Of a stretch of DNA of 64,000 nt, positions 43,409-52,312 are shown piece by piece (positions within the stretch are counted from its first letter, which is position 1; the number at the start of each line of letters is the position of its first letter). The stretch spans positions 239,842 to 303,841 of the forward strand of contig PDIP01000010.1 in the NCBI GenBank assembly GCA_002811645.1, in the 5' to 3' direction. A program made the translations under genes and the position numbers. Origin of the DNA: Corallochytrium limacisporum Hawaii. Taxonomy: Eukaryota > Protista > Pluriformea. The notes under the pieces were generated by a model. It was given only the letters and a program-made list of their open reading frames with translations. It made no database searches and was not told the DNA's origin.

Positions 43409-45868
43409 TTACTGTTGCTCCAACTGATCCTGCAACCGGATGTTCTGCAACAGCGTATCCTCCAAGATGCTCTGAAGCTTCTTGTTGACTTCAATGGCAA
43501 GCGGCAGTGACAGTCCAGTGTCGGGGTCCACCACTCCAGCTCCCATGTCCCCGTTGTTGGCCATTTCACTACTTGAGCCGCTCGGGCTGCCTCCACGGAA
43601 AAACATATTGCTAATGCCACCCATTAGAGAGTTGGCCGATTTGGCTTCGGCATGAGCAGCTGTCTTCTGCTGCCGCATTGCCGCCTTTCGTTTGATTTCG
43701 TCCATGCGAGACGGTCCCAGACTTCCGGTTTCCTCGCGGAGAATGTAGTCCATGAGCAGACGACTCTTGTTCTGCAGCTGCATGGTCAGATCGTCCACAT
43801 GTTCCCGATAGAATTTCACCATTTGGCGCAGTTTGGCTGGATCTGATGGCAACTTGGCGTGCTGCATGCTGCGAAGCTTGGCCGGATCGACTGGTCCCTT
43901 CAGCTTTAGGGTCGGGGATGGAGTCAGACCGCGGCTGTCATCACTTGCAGTGCCCGGAGGTACAGGAGCGCGGATGGTGGTCTGGCCCCCGGGTGCGGTT
44001 ACATTGCTCTCGACTTCAGCTTCCATGCTGTTCCTTTGTAGGGGTGTATCAGGCGGGGAGTCATTACCCATGGTGCTATCTACAGTCCGCACCGACAGAT
44101 TTGACGGACTGCGGCGGTGACCCTTATTGCCGCCAGTTCTATTGGTGGCAGCTGCAAGGTTCGCAGAGCCACCGCTGCTGCGCTTCTCATTACGTAGGAT
44201 TTCTTTCTTTAGATCCTTGACAATCTGCGCATGACGGCGTTCCATCGCGCGAATACTCGCGTGCTGCTTCTCAATAGTTGCTTTGTGTTCCTTGATCTTG
44301 GCTTCGAGGTCCTCATTGGTTGTTGACTTATCAGTAGCCCGGACCTCAGCTGTTTCGAGTTCATCGCGCAAATCTTTGAGCTGGTCCTGCAGCTCCTGCC
44401 GGGCGCGGGTGAGACTGGCAATTTCTCTTTCGCTCTTCATGGAGTCCATCCGTGCCTCACTAGCCTTCTTGCGCAACTCTGCAGATTCTGTTTCCGATCG
44501 TTGCAGTCGTTCCTGTAGTTCTGCTACCTCTGTCGCATGCCCTTGGTTGTCACGCTTACTTCGATGGAGTCGTTCCAGCTCCCGAACGGCCGCCACGACA
44601 TCCATAAGACCATTCTCGTCCGTGACATCATCGATGTTGGTCTTCGGGTACAGAGCAGTCAAAATAGATCGTTCACGCTGTCGGAAATCATTCAAGCGCT
44701 TTTTGGTACTGTTCACCTCGTTCACGGACTTCATCAGGGAGTCGTCTTTCTGTGCCAGTGTTTCCTTAAGATGATCCAGTTCCCGGGATAGCTCATTGCT
44801 CTCGGTGGCACTTTGGGTAGCTGCCTGCAGCTCCTTCTTTACCGCAAGGATTTCCTGGTCTTTTTTGTTTACACTGTTCTCAAAATCGAGAGCCTGTTCC
44901 TTGAAATCCTCAACCTGTTTGCGCCACCTGCCAATTTGGTTGTTCAAATTTTCGATTTCCTCGTTTTTTTCCTCCACTTCAGTCTGCAGGAATTCGTAGT
45001 CCTGACGACTTTCCTCCAATTCACTTCGCACCGTTTCAAGTTGTGTCTGGAGGCTGTTGATTTCATTTCGCTGGTGGCCAGAATCCTGGCTTTCCTTGTA
45101 CTGCAGGTCCCTGAGGGACTGCTGTGCCTCCCTCAAGGCATTTCTTAGCTCCCGTATCTCACCTTCGCGTTCCCTGACCTCCCCCGTGGATGACCTCTGT
45201 AATTCGATGAGTTCTCGCTTGAGTTTATTGCGCTCATCGATGATCTCTGTAATGTCCGCCACACTTCTCGTACCCTGATCACCATTTTGTTTGTCGACAG
45301 AGTCCGGAGTAATTGTTGAAGGAGTGCTTCCCAATCGCTTCAAAACATCGGATTTTTCTTTCTCTTCACGCAGTTCCGCGATTTTGCGTTGCAGGTCGTA
45401 TTCCAACTCATCATTCTTCGATTTGAGGTCCTTGATGCGGATCTTTAATTCTTCTTCCGATTTAACTAGCTTGGTACGTTCCTCTCCCATTAGTTGTACA
45501 GTGCTCTGTAGTCGATCTCGGTCCGCTTCCAGATCTCCTCGGATCCTTTGGACTTCTTTCGCCAAGAACTGGTTCTCTTCTGTTAGTTCATCGATCTTGG
45601 CTTGTAACTCTTTCGATCGTCCACCAACACCGAAACCAAACTTTTGGAACGTCGATGTGGGTGTAGAACCGCTGCGCGAGTGTCCCAGAGTCGGCGTCCC
45701 GGAGCCGGAGTCCCGCTTTGACTCCTCCAATTCTTTCTGCAATTTCTCTTTTTCCCGTTCCGCTTTGTGTCGCTCTTCTTCTAATTCATGCATACGTTTC
45801 TGTAGACGGGCAAACTCCTCCGGAGTGATTGCAGTGGCCGTGGCCTGCGACGCTTCGCCGTCTGACAT
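43409..45868 (-). CDS. GRIPAP1: GRIP1-associated protein 1 (GRASP-1)-like coiled-coil protein
   Basis: N-terminus ITPEEFARLQKRMHEL; C-terminus YILREETGSL and GLSLPLAIEVNKKLQSILEDTLLQNIRL match the GRIPAP1 termini; long coiled coil between. Confidence 0.8.
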   Translation of the reverse strand: MSDGEASQATATAITPEEFARLQKRMHELEEERHKAEREKEKLQKELEESKRDSGSGTPTLGHSRSGSTPTSTFQKFGFGVGGRSKELQAKIDELTEENQFLAKEVQRIRGDLEADRDRLQSTVQLMGEERTKLVKSEEELKIRIKDLKSKNDELEYDLQRKIAELREEKEKSDVLKRLGSTPSTITPDSVDKQNGDQGTRSVADITEIIDERNKLKRELIELQRSSTGEVREREGEIRELRNALREAQQSLRDLQYKESQDSGHQRNEINSLQTQLETVRSELEESRQDYEFLQTEVEEKNEEIENLNNQIGRWRKQVEDFKEQALDFENSVNKKDQEILAVKKELQAATQSATESNELSRELDHLKETLAQKDDSLMKSVNEVNSTKKRLNDFRQRERSILTALYPKTNIDDVTDENGLMDVVAAVRELERLHRSKRDNQGHATEVAELQERLQRSETESAELRKKASEARMDSMKSEREIASLTRARQELQDQLKDLRDELETAEVRATDKSTTNEDLEAKIKEHKATIEKQHASIRAMERRHAQIVKDLKKEILRNEKRSSGGSANLAAATNRTGGNKGHRRSPSNLSVRTVDSTMGNDSPPDTPLQRNSMEAEVESNVTAPGGQTTIRAPVPPGTASDDSRGLTPSPTLKLKGPVDPAKLRSMQHAKLPSDPAKLRQMVKFYREHVDDLTMQLQNKSRLLMDYILREETGSLGPSRMDEIKRKAAMRQQKTAAHAEAKSANSLMGGISNMFFRGGSPSGSSSEMANNGDMGAGVVDPDTGLSLPLAIEVNKKLQSILEDTLLQNIRLQDQLEQQ

Positions 45869-46109
45869 GACGGCTTAGATTTGAGCGTTTGCTTCTGCTT
45901 GGCTACGCAATGGTGTGAACCATACCATACACTGACTCCTTCCCTTGGAGTCTCCTAACAATACTCATGTCTGCGCCATGATGCTCTGCAGTTTCGCTCT
46001 GCAATATAGTTTTAATCGGATCAATCCTTACCTATCGAAAGTAAACCTTGCAAATTTATATCTTATACCATTGCAAACCCCGGTTTATCGGCTTAGAGCT
46101 GGCCAATAT

Positions 46110-46460
46110 TCTGTACTGTGGAAGCAAAGGAATGCCACTGAGTCGAACTCTCTCACCCTGTAGAGTTTGGCAACTGCCACATTTACGCAGTGTTCTACTC
46201 CGCGCTCTCTGAGGGTGCCCCGCCAGGCGAGTTTCCCGCAAGCCAAAGATAAAAGGCAAATGCAAAAACAAAGATGCCAACATGAGAAACACAAAGCGGT
46301 TTTCTTGCACCGGCAAACTCAAATTTTAGTTCCCGCAGGGCGTCGTGTTAAAACCGGTTTGTCCTATCAATTTCCAGCCGACCCGCTCCCCGTAACGATA
46401 CCAGCACACCGTCCAATAGGAAGCAGCAAGTGGCAGGGGAGGAGAAATATCTGGGAAACC
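46110..46460 (-). pseudogene. Possible decayed TMEM216/TMEM17-family (Transmemb_17) gene
   Basis: LPVQENRFVFLMLASLFL...GLRETRL then shifted GTLRERGVEHCVNVAV resembles LPYP...GIEVIRL...GNLCQRKMPLSISVAL. Confidence 0.35.
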
Positions 46461-46919
46461 GTAGGACGGGTGGCCCTCACGGTTTTGGGGCCAGGGAGTT
46501 TGGGCTCGGGAGGAGGTACCACCTAGGCGTAGCGGAGTCTCTTTTAAGTTCTCCTTGGATGGTTTCCCAGCCACTTCCCCTTTGATGGGAGAGGCTGAAT
46601 AGAATTTAGGCCCCCGTAATTTGCGGGTCGTTCTTTGTGCGGTACCCACCTACGCAGGCGCATGGGATGGAAGGGAAGAGTGGCCGGGTGATGGGTTGCT
46701 GGCGAACCCAAAATTGGGAGATGGGTCTGAACGGGACCCGCTTCGCACCACATGGTCCAGGTAAGCTAGATCAAGGCCGCTCCCTGTGATATGTAATTGA
46801 TATCGAAGAGGTTACTGCGCAAAAGTTCGCGAGAAGCCAAAAGTGTAGTAGAGATGTGCAGGTTGAGATGATTTGAAACCGTACCCAACTTCATAGATGT
46901 GCGCGTAGACTACCAAATT

Positions 46920-47786
46920 ATGGGAAAGAGTTCAAAGGACAAACGTGATATCTACTATCGCCTGGCTAAAGAAGAGGGCTATCGGGCTAGGTCAGCTTAT
47001 AAACTGCTGCATCTTGATGAAGAATTCCGGCTCTTCGATGATGGAATAGTACGAGTGGTGGATTTGTGTGCCGCGCCCGGGTCATGGAGCCAGGTACTGA
47101 CTCAGAAAGTCACACATCCAGACAAGAAAATTGTAGCAATTGACATTCAGGCGATGGCACCCATCCCTGGTGTGATTCAGATTCAGGGAGACATTACAGA
47201 GGAAAAGACGGCTAAGGAAGTCATCGAAAAGTTTGACGGCGGCAAGGCGGACATGGTTATATGTGATGGAGCTCCTGATGTCACGGGCCTGCATGATATT
47301 GATGAGTACATCCAAGCCCAATTGCTGCTGGCAGCACTCAATATCACTACGTCAGTGCTCAAGGAAGGAGGCATCTTCATAGCGAAAATTTTCCGTGGCA
47401 GGGATGTGGCGACCCTTTATGCACAGCTGGAATGCTTTTTTGACCATGTGATCAGTGCCAAACCGCGTAGCTCACGCAACAGCAGTATCGAAGCCTTTGT
47501 GGTGTGCCAGGGCTACCGTTGTCCCGAGGGTTACACTCCCCGCTTCGACCGACCCATGTCTATGGAGGGCTACAACGGCAAGAATGAAATGACTGGACGC
47601 GCACGAGCAATTGCCGAGTTTATGGCCTGCGGTGATATGTCCGGATTTGACGCCGATGCGAACTACCCACTCGACCTTGGAGACGGCCGCAAATACGAAC
47701 GGTTGCCGCCAACGCAAGCACCTATCAATCCGCCGTACCGAGAGTACATTGAAAAACGACTGAAGGGTGAAGGATGGGAACAGTAG
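46920..47786 (+). CDS. FTSJ1: tRNA (C32/G34) 2'-O-methyltransferase Trm7/FTSJ1
   Basis: [73 protein letters not shown]. Confidence 0.97.
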   Translation: MGKSSKDKRDIYYRLAKEEGYRARSAYKLLHLDEEFRLFDDGIVRVVDLCAAPGSWSQVLTQKVTHPDKKIVAIDIQAMAPIPGVIQIQGDITEEKTAKEVIEKFDGGKADMVICDGAPDVTGLHDIDEYIQAQLLLAALNITTSVLKEGGIFIAKIFRGRDVATLYAQLECFFDHVISAKPRSSRNSSIEAFVVCQGYRCPEGYTPRFDRPMSMEGYNGKNEMTGRARAIAEFMACGDMSGFDADANYPLDLGDGRKYERLPPTQAPINPPYREYIEKRLKGEGWEQ

Positions 47787-47895
47787 AGTATAAAGCACAC
47801 TGCACCTGGATAAAGAATGAACCATTCGAAGCATGCGAGTTGTAAATGTATAATACTAGTCTATTGTTACATGTCATTGGTTGCAGTAATTCCCT

Positions 47896-48363
47896 TTAAC
47901 TGCGGTCAATCTTCTTTTCAAAAACAAGGGCCTCGGACGGCTCAACCCGCTTGTAGTAGTTAGGAAGGGTACCACACTGTGTGAATCCCGCCTTTCCGTA
48001 GAACTTTATCGCAGCGTCATTACCCTTCTGCACCTGGCAGTAGACCCGAGTGACGCTCTTGTTGTTTTCCGCCTGCTCCATGATCCAGTCCAGCATCTTC
48101 TTTCCTACACCCAATTGCCGGTAGGGACCAAGGCAACCAAGAGTCATAATGCACAGGCCTTCATCCGTTGGTTTGGCCACGACACCTCCGACCACTATGT
48201 CCTGATAAAACGCGAGCCGGGAGTAAATCTCCTTGTTGTTCCAGGCATCCTTGTAGAAGGCTGGTCCGTACTTAACAGGATATACCGCAGTATTGAGTAG
48301 TCTCAACTGGTTCACATTGTGCTGTGTGACTTCGTCCAGCTCAATTCGAGCATTGGCCGCCAT
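47896..48363 (-). CDS. NAA50: N-alpha-acetyltransferase 50 (NatE)
   Basis: RIELDEVTQHNVNQLRLLNTAVYPVKY, IMTLGCLGPYRQLGVG, NYYKRVEP. Confidence 0.93.
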   Translation of the reverse strand: MAANARIELDEVTQHNVNQLRLLNTAVYPVKYGPAFYKDAWNNKEIYSRLAFYQDIVVGGVVAKPTDEGLCIMTLGCLGPYRQLGVGKKMLDWIMEQAENNKSVTRVYCQVQKGNDAAIKFYGKAGFTQCGTLPNYYKRVEPSEALVFEKKIDRS

Positions 48364-49244
48364 GACTGTGCCTGGCATGGGAGATGTATTATTTGCTGAA
48401 ATCCTTTCCTTCGATCGCCCGTGTCGTGAGACCCTTATCTTTACTCTACACACTCTGACCGCAAAATTTGGATCAAGATGGTACCGTATAAAATCATTGA
48501 CAGGTGCACAGTAAGTGACTGTATCAAATGTTCATCGGAAATAGCTGGCAGAGCCTGTGACTCCACCCAGACAAGTCGAAAACAGCCGCATTGCGCAGTT
48601 CCCGCTCAAAGCTCCTACTCTGCGGAAAAAGCACGCGATATTACCACTGATCCCCTAACATTCATCTGACGATGTTACGCGGTTTCCTCGGCACTTGTGC
48701 AGTACTGAAAGTACCGTATAGTCTGCAGAGAACGGGCGGCGGCCCAGCGTCCGGACACCGTTGGGGAGGGAGGTTTTTGGGCAGGTGTGAGAGACTAATG
48801 GAGCAGTCGGAGAACCCAAGACGTTGAGAACAGAAGAATGTTTTCTTCGAAAACTACAACAAAGTAATTGTGCCAATGTTCCGGAATGAAAACAATGAAA
48901 GGCACCCTTTACCCAGTGGGGGAGGGTAGGGGGAGGGCGCGCCAAGGAAAACGCAAGACAACGAGGCGTCCTCAAGACAGTTTCACTTGGAGAGACTATT
49001 CCGACCGAACGTACATTTGCGATTTATTTCAAAATTTGGACAACCATAAAGAGGAGAGTATAGCATATGTCATTTTGCTATGGTTTTATGTGCCTACTTT
49101 AGACGACAAAGATAAACTATGAATTGCACTTTAGCTGCGCGGAGCACCTGGTAACGATTTACGAACACACTTGGAATACAACACGAAGGACTGTGAAATT
49201 GTCGTCGGGTGATCAACATCTTTTCTTAATACTAGCCCATAGTC

Positions 49245-50450
49245 ATGGTGGCCGCAACAGCGACGGCGCCAGCGGTAGATCCGTCCAAGATGGACGCTGA
49301 GACAGAGGATCTCTACTCAGACTTCAAGAAGCTCCAGCGACAGCTTGAGTTTGTCGAAATCCAAGAAGAATATATTAAAGACGAACAGAAGAATCTACGT
49401 CGGGAATACCTGAGAGCTCAGGAGGAAGTCAAACGTATCCAATCCGTGCCCTTGGTAACAGGACAATTTCTGGAGGCGATCGAGCAGCATACTGGCATTG
49501 TGGGATCCACAACCGGCTCCAATTATTTTGTGCGTATCCTGAGCACTATTGATCGTGAACTGTTGAAACCCTCAGCATCCGTAGCGCTGCACAAGCACTC
49601 CAACGCACTAGTAGACGTTCTTCCACCGGAAGCTGATTCCAGCATCTCTTTGATGCAAGCCGGAGAGAAACCTGATGTCAGCTACGCAGACATTGGTGGC
49701 ATGGATATGCAGAAACAAGAAATGCGGGAGGCTGTAGAGCTACCTCTACAGCAGGGTGAGCTGTATAGTCAGATTGGTATTGATCCACCTCGTGGGGTGC
49801 TCATGTACGGTCCTCCGGGTACCGGTAAAACCATGTTGGCAAAGGCTGTGGCTCACCACACTACTGCTTCTTTCATCCGCGTTGTGGGTTCCGAGTTTGT
49901 GCAGAAGTACCTAGGTGAAGGCCCTCGCATGGTGCGTGATGTGTTCCGATTGGCCAAGGAGAATGCTCCCGCTATCATCTTCATCGATGAAATTGATGCC
50001 ATTGCTACCAAGCGTTTCGATGCCCAGACTGGTGCCGATCGTGAGGTCCAACGTATTCTCCTGGAGCTGCTGAACCAGATGGATGGGTTCGACCAAAACT
50101 CCACAGTGAAGGTCATCATGGCCACCAATCGTGCTGACACTCTTGACCCTGCTCTGCTGCGTCCTGGACGACTGGATCGCAAGATCGAGTTTCCCAATCC
50201 CGACCGCCGACAGAAGCGTCTGATTTTCAGCACCATCACACAGAAGATGAGCGTTAGCGATGAAGTGGACCTGGAGGATTACGTTAGCCGACCTGATAAG
50301 ATCAGTTGTGCCGACATTGCGGCCATTTGCCAGGAGGCTGGTATGCAAGCCGTGCGGAAGAACCGCTATGTCGTTCTTGCCAAAGATTTTGAAAAGGCCT
50401 ACAAGACAGTCGTGCGCAAGTCGGAAACCGACTTCGCCTTCTACAAGTAA
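49245..50450 (+). CDS. PSMC4: 26S proteasome AAA-ATPase Rpt3
   Basis: [54 protein letters not shown]-terminal FYK. Confidence 0.98.
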   Translation: MVAATATAPAVDPSKMDAETEDLYSDFKKLQRQLEFVEIQEEYIKDEQKNLRREYLRAQEEVKRIQSVPLVTGQFLEAIEQHTGIVGSTTGSNYFVRILSTIDRELLKPSASVALHKHSNALVDVLPPEADSSISLMQAGEKPDVSYADIGGMDMQKQEMREAVELPLQQGELYSQIGIDPPRGVLMYGPPGTGKTMLAKAVAHHTTASFIRVVGSEFVQKYLGEGPRMVRDVFRLAKENAPAIIFIDEIDAIATKRFDAQTGADREVQRILLELLNQMDGFDQNSTVKVIMATNRADTLDPALLRPGRLDRKIEFPNPDRRQKRLIFSTITQKMSVSDEVDLEDYVSRPDKISCADIAAICQEAGMQAVRKNRYVVLAKDFEKAYKTVVRKSETDFAFYK

Positions 50451-50579
50451 GTCATGAGAACGAGCATGTTTATTAAGGAAAGTACGGACAATAGCATTGA
50501 GCAATCGTTGCATCTAGATTTAAAATAGAAGCGCTAAAAGATATCATACACAGCTACTATGTTACATCTTTATTTATGT

Positions 50580-51293
50580 TCAGTAGGAGGCCTCAGCGTC
50601 ACCCTCATCCTCGTCGTCTCCGTAACCCTCTCCATTGTCGAAATATGACATTCCGTAATCTGTGGAGTCCTCAAGGTCTTCCTCGTCCGGCGACTCTTCC
50701 CCGTAGAGATCGTCTACACCATCCTGCGAGTTGCTGAGATCGTTGTCACCCCCTGCCGCCTTCCGGCGCTGTTCCTGCTCTTCCAAGCGCTGCAACTTCT
50801 CCGTGTTAAGTTTGCTGCGCTTAGAACTCGGTCTGCGGCCAGTCTGTCCCGCTGCCACACTGCGCTTCGCTAGTGTACCTCCCGAGAGAGTAACACCGTC
50901 CTTTAGTGCTGCCTGAATTGTTGGCGGTAAACGAGGGTTGTCCTCAGGGTCAAGCAATTCCCAAGGTACGCCTTGCTTTCTCAGCTTTTCATCAACCACT
51001 AGGAACGGAGCCTGGAATTCTTGCTTGTTTTCATCCTCCGTACCCTTGGGGGCAGCCTCAAGATCGTCATCAGCGTTACAAAATAATTCTGTAAGCTGAT
51101 CTTTGTACTGCCTCATTCTGTCATATTGGTTGACTTTCTCCTGGTCGTGGATCTCTGCCCGAGCCACTGTTGGTTTTGGGTACAAAGCAGGTGGTTTCAC
51201 CAATGGATCCCGACGGCCCACCCCTTCAGGCACGCTTAAATGAGCACCCACGGCACCCCGTCCACGACCACGACCACGACCACGTCCAGACAT
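50580..51293 (-). CDS. POLR3G: RNA polymerase III subunit RPC7/Rpc31-like
   Basis: N-terminal GRGRGRG, PPALYP, PWEL, acidic tail with DYGMSYFDNGEGY. Confidence 0.85.
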   Translation of the reverse strand: MSGRGRGRGRGRGAVGAHLSVPEGVGRRDPLVKPPALYPKPTVARAEIHDQEKVNQYDRMRQYKDQLTELFCNADDDLEAAPKGTEDENKQEFQAPFLVVDEKLRKQGVPWELLDPEDNPRLPPTIQAALKDGVTLSGGTLAKRSVAAGQTGRRPSSKRSKLNTEKLQRLEEQEQRRKAAGGDNDLSNSQDGVDDLYGEESPDEEDLEDSTDYGMSYFDNGEGYGDDEDEGDAEASY

Positions 51294-51703
51294 GTTATTG
51301 CGTTTTCATAAACGCATCAAAAGCATTCTTTTATCACATTGACGCCGAAAAGTGGTCACATAGTCGTCAGATGTTGCTTGTTTGGACCACTTTCGCATTC
51401 AGCCCCCAATTGTTACTTTATTAAAGATTGTTTCGTACCATATACATAAAAACCTGAACCATACTCGCCTACGACTAAGCTAGACGTACAAACATTCCGT
51501 CCACACGCACGACTTTCACATTAGTTGAGAAATGACCGACTCTCTCATCGTTTGTGCGACAATACTGGAGCGCCCTCAAGTCGCCGCGTGCTGTGCGGAA
51601 AGCGCTTCAGTGCGGGTCTCTCCTCCCCTCCTCGGCCTCAACACCACCCCCCGTGTCCGCTCGCGTGAAAAATGGAAGGGGGCCTAATTTCCAACCCCTC
51701 TTC

Positions 51704-51712
51704 GGCGCGAAA
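51704..51712 (-). promoter_or_regulatory. E2F-type site TTTCGCGCC upstream of the NEK2-like kinase
   Basis: Exact match to TTTSSCGC in the divergent POLR3G/NEK intergenic region. Confidence 0.4.
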
Positions 51713-52312
51713 GTTTTAGATTTGGTTTCTCTTGGATTGGCTCGTTTGTTGGTCGATTAGCGTGGAAGGCACAAGGGCGATCCTCTTCTGGGCCTCATCG
51801 GGTCCCAAGGGGTCCCCTTTTTTTGTGCGCGAAGAGGACTCGCAGTGGGGAGGCGGAGTTTGTGAGGGTGTGGAGAGTGTTTCCTTGGGGGCGCGAGTCC
51901 CGCCATTTTTCCTTGGCTGTGTGAAACTGGCGAGTCCGTGATCGCACCCGTTCAGTCCACCTTGTAGTACCGTGGTACGTATATTGACGACTCAACACAT
52001 CATTCCTGGCCATCCGAGTACGGGGTTTCTGGTTGTTTACAGTTGTAGTATTTGGTACTTAGTGGGATGGAGACTGTGCGAACCACAGAGACTTGGCTAC
52101 TTCGAAAAATACGACCTCTATTGGTACAGCGGTATAGTCCATCCTGGCATCAATTGAAAGCATCCAAGGTACGTCCGGCAATTTTGGGCTTGGCCACATT
52201 AAAAAGAACGACTTAATCCGCGACCTGGCCACACATTGAAAGAAGCACACCCGACTACACGAAGGGTGGGAACCAGATCGAAGAGTTGGAATTGATCAAG
52301 AAACAGACCACA

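Noticed and set aside
49853-50513. Minus-strand ORFs of 128 and 200 aa
   Set aside because: Antisense shadows of PSMC4; the same applies to 3381-4103, 11303-11980, 32142-32828 and 45291-45878 over their genes
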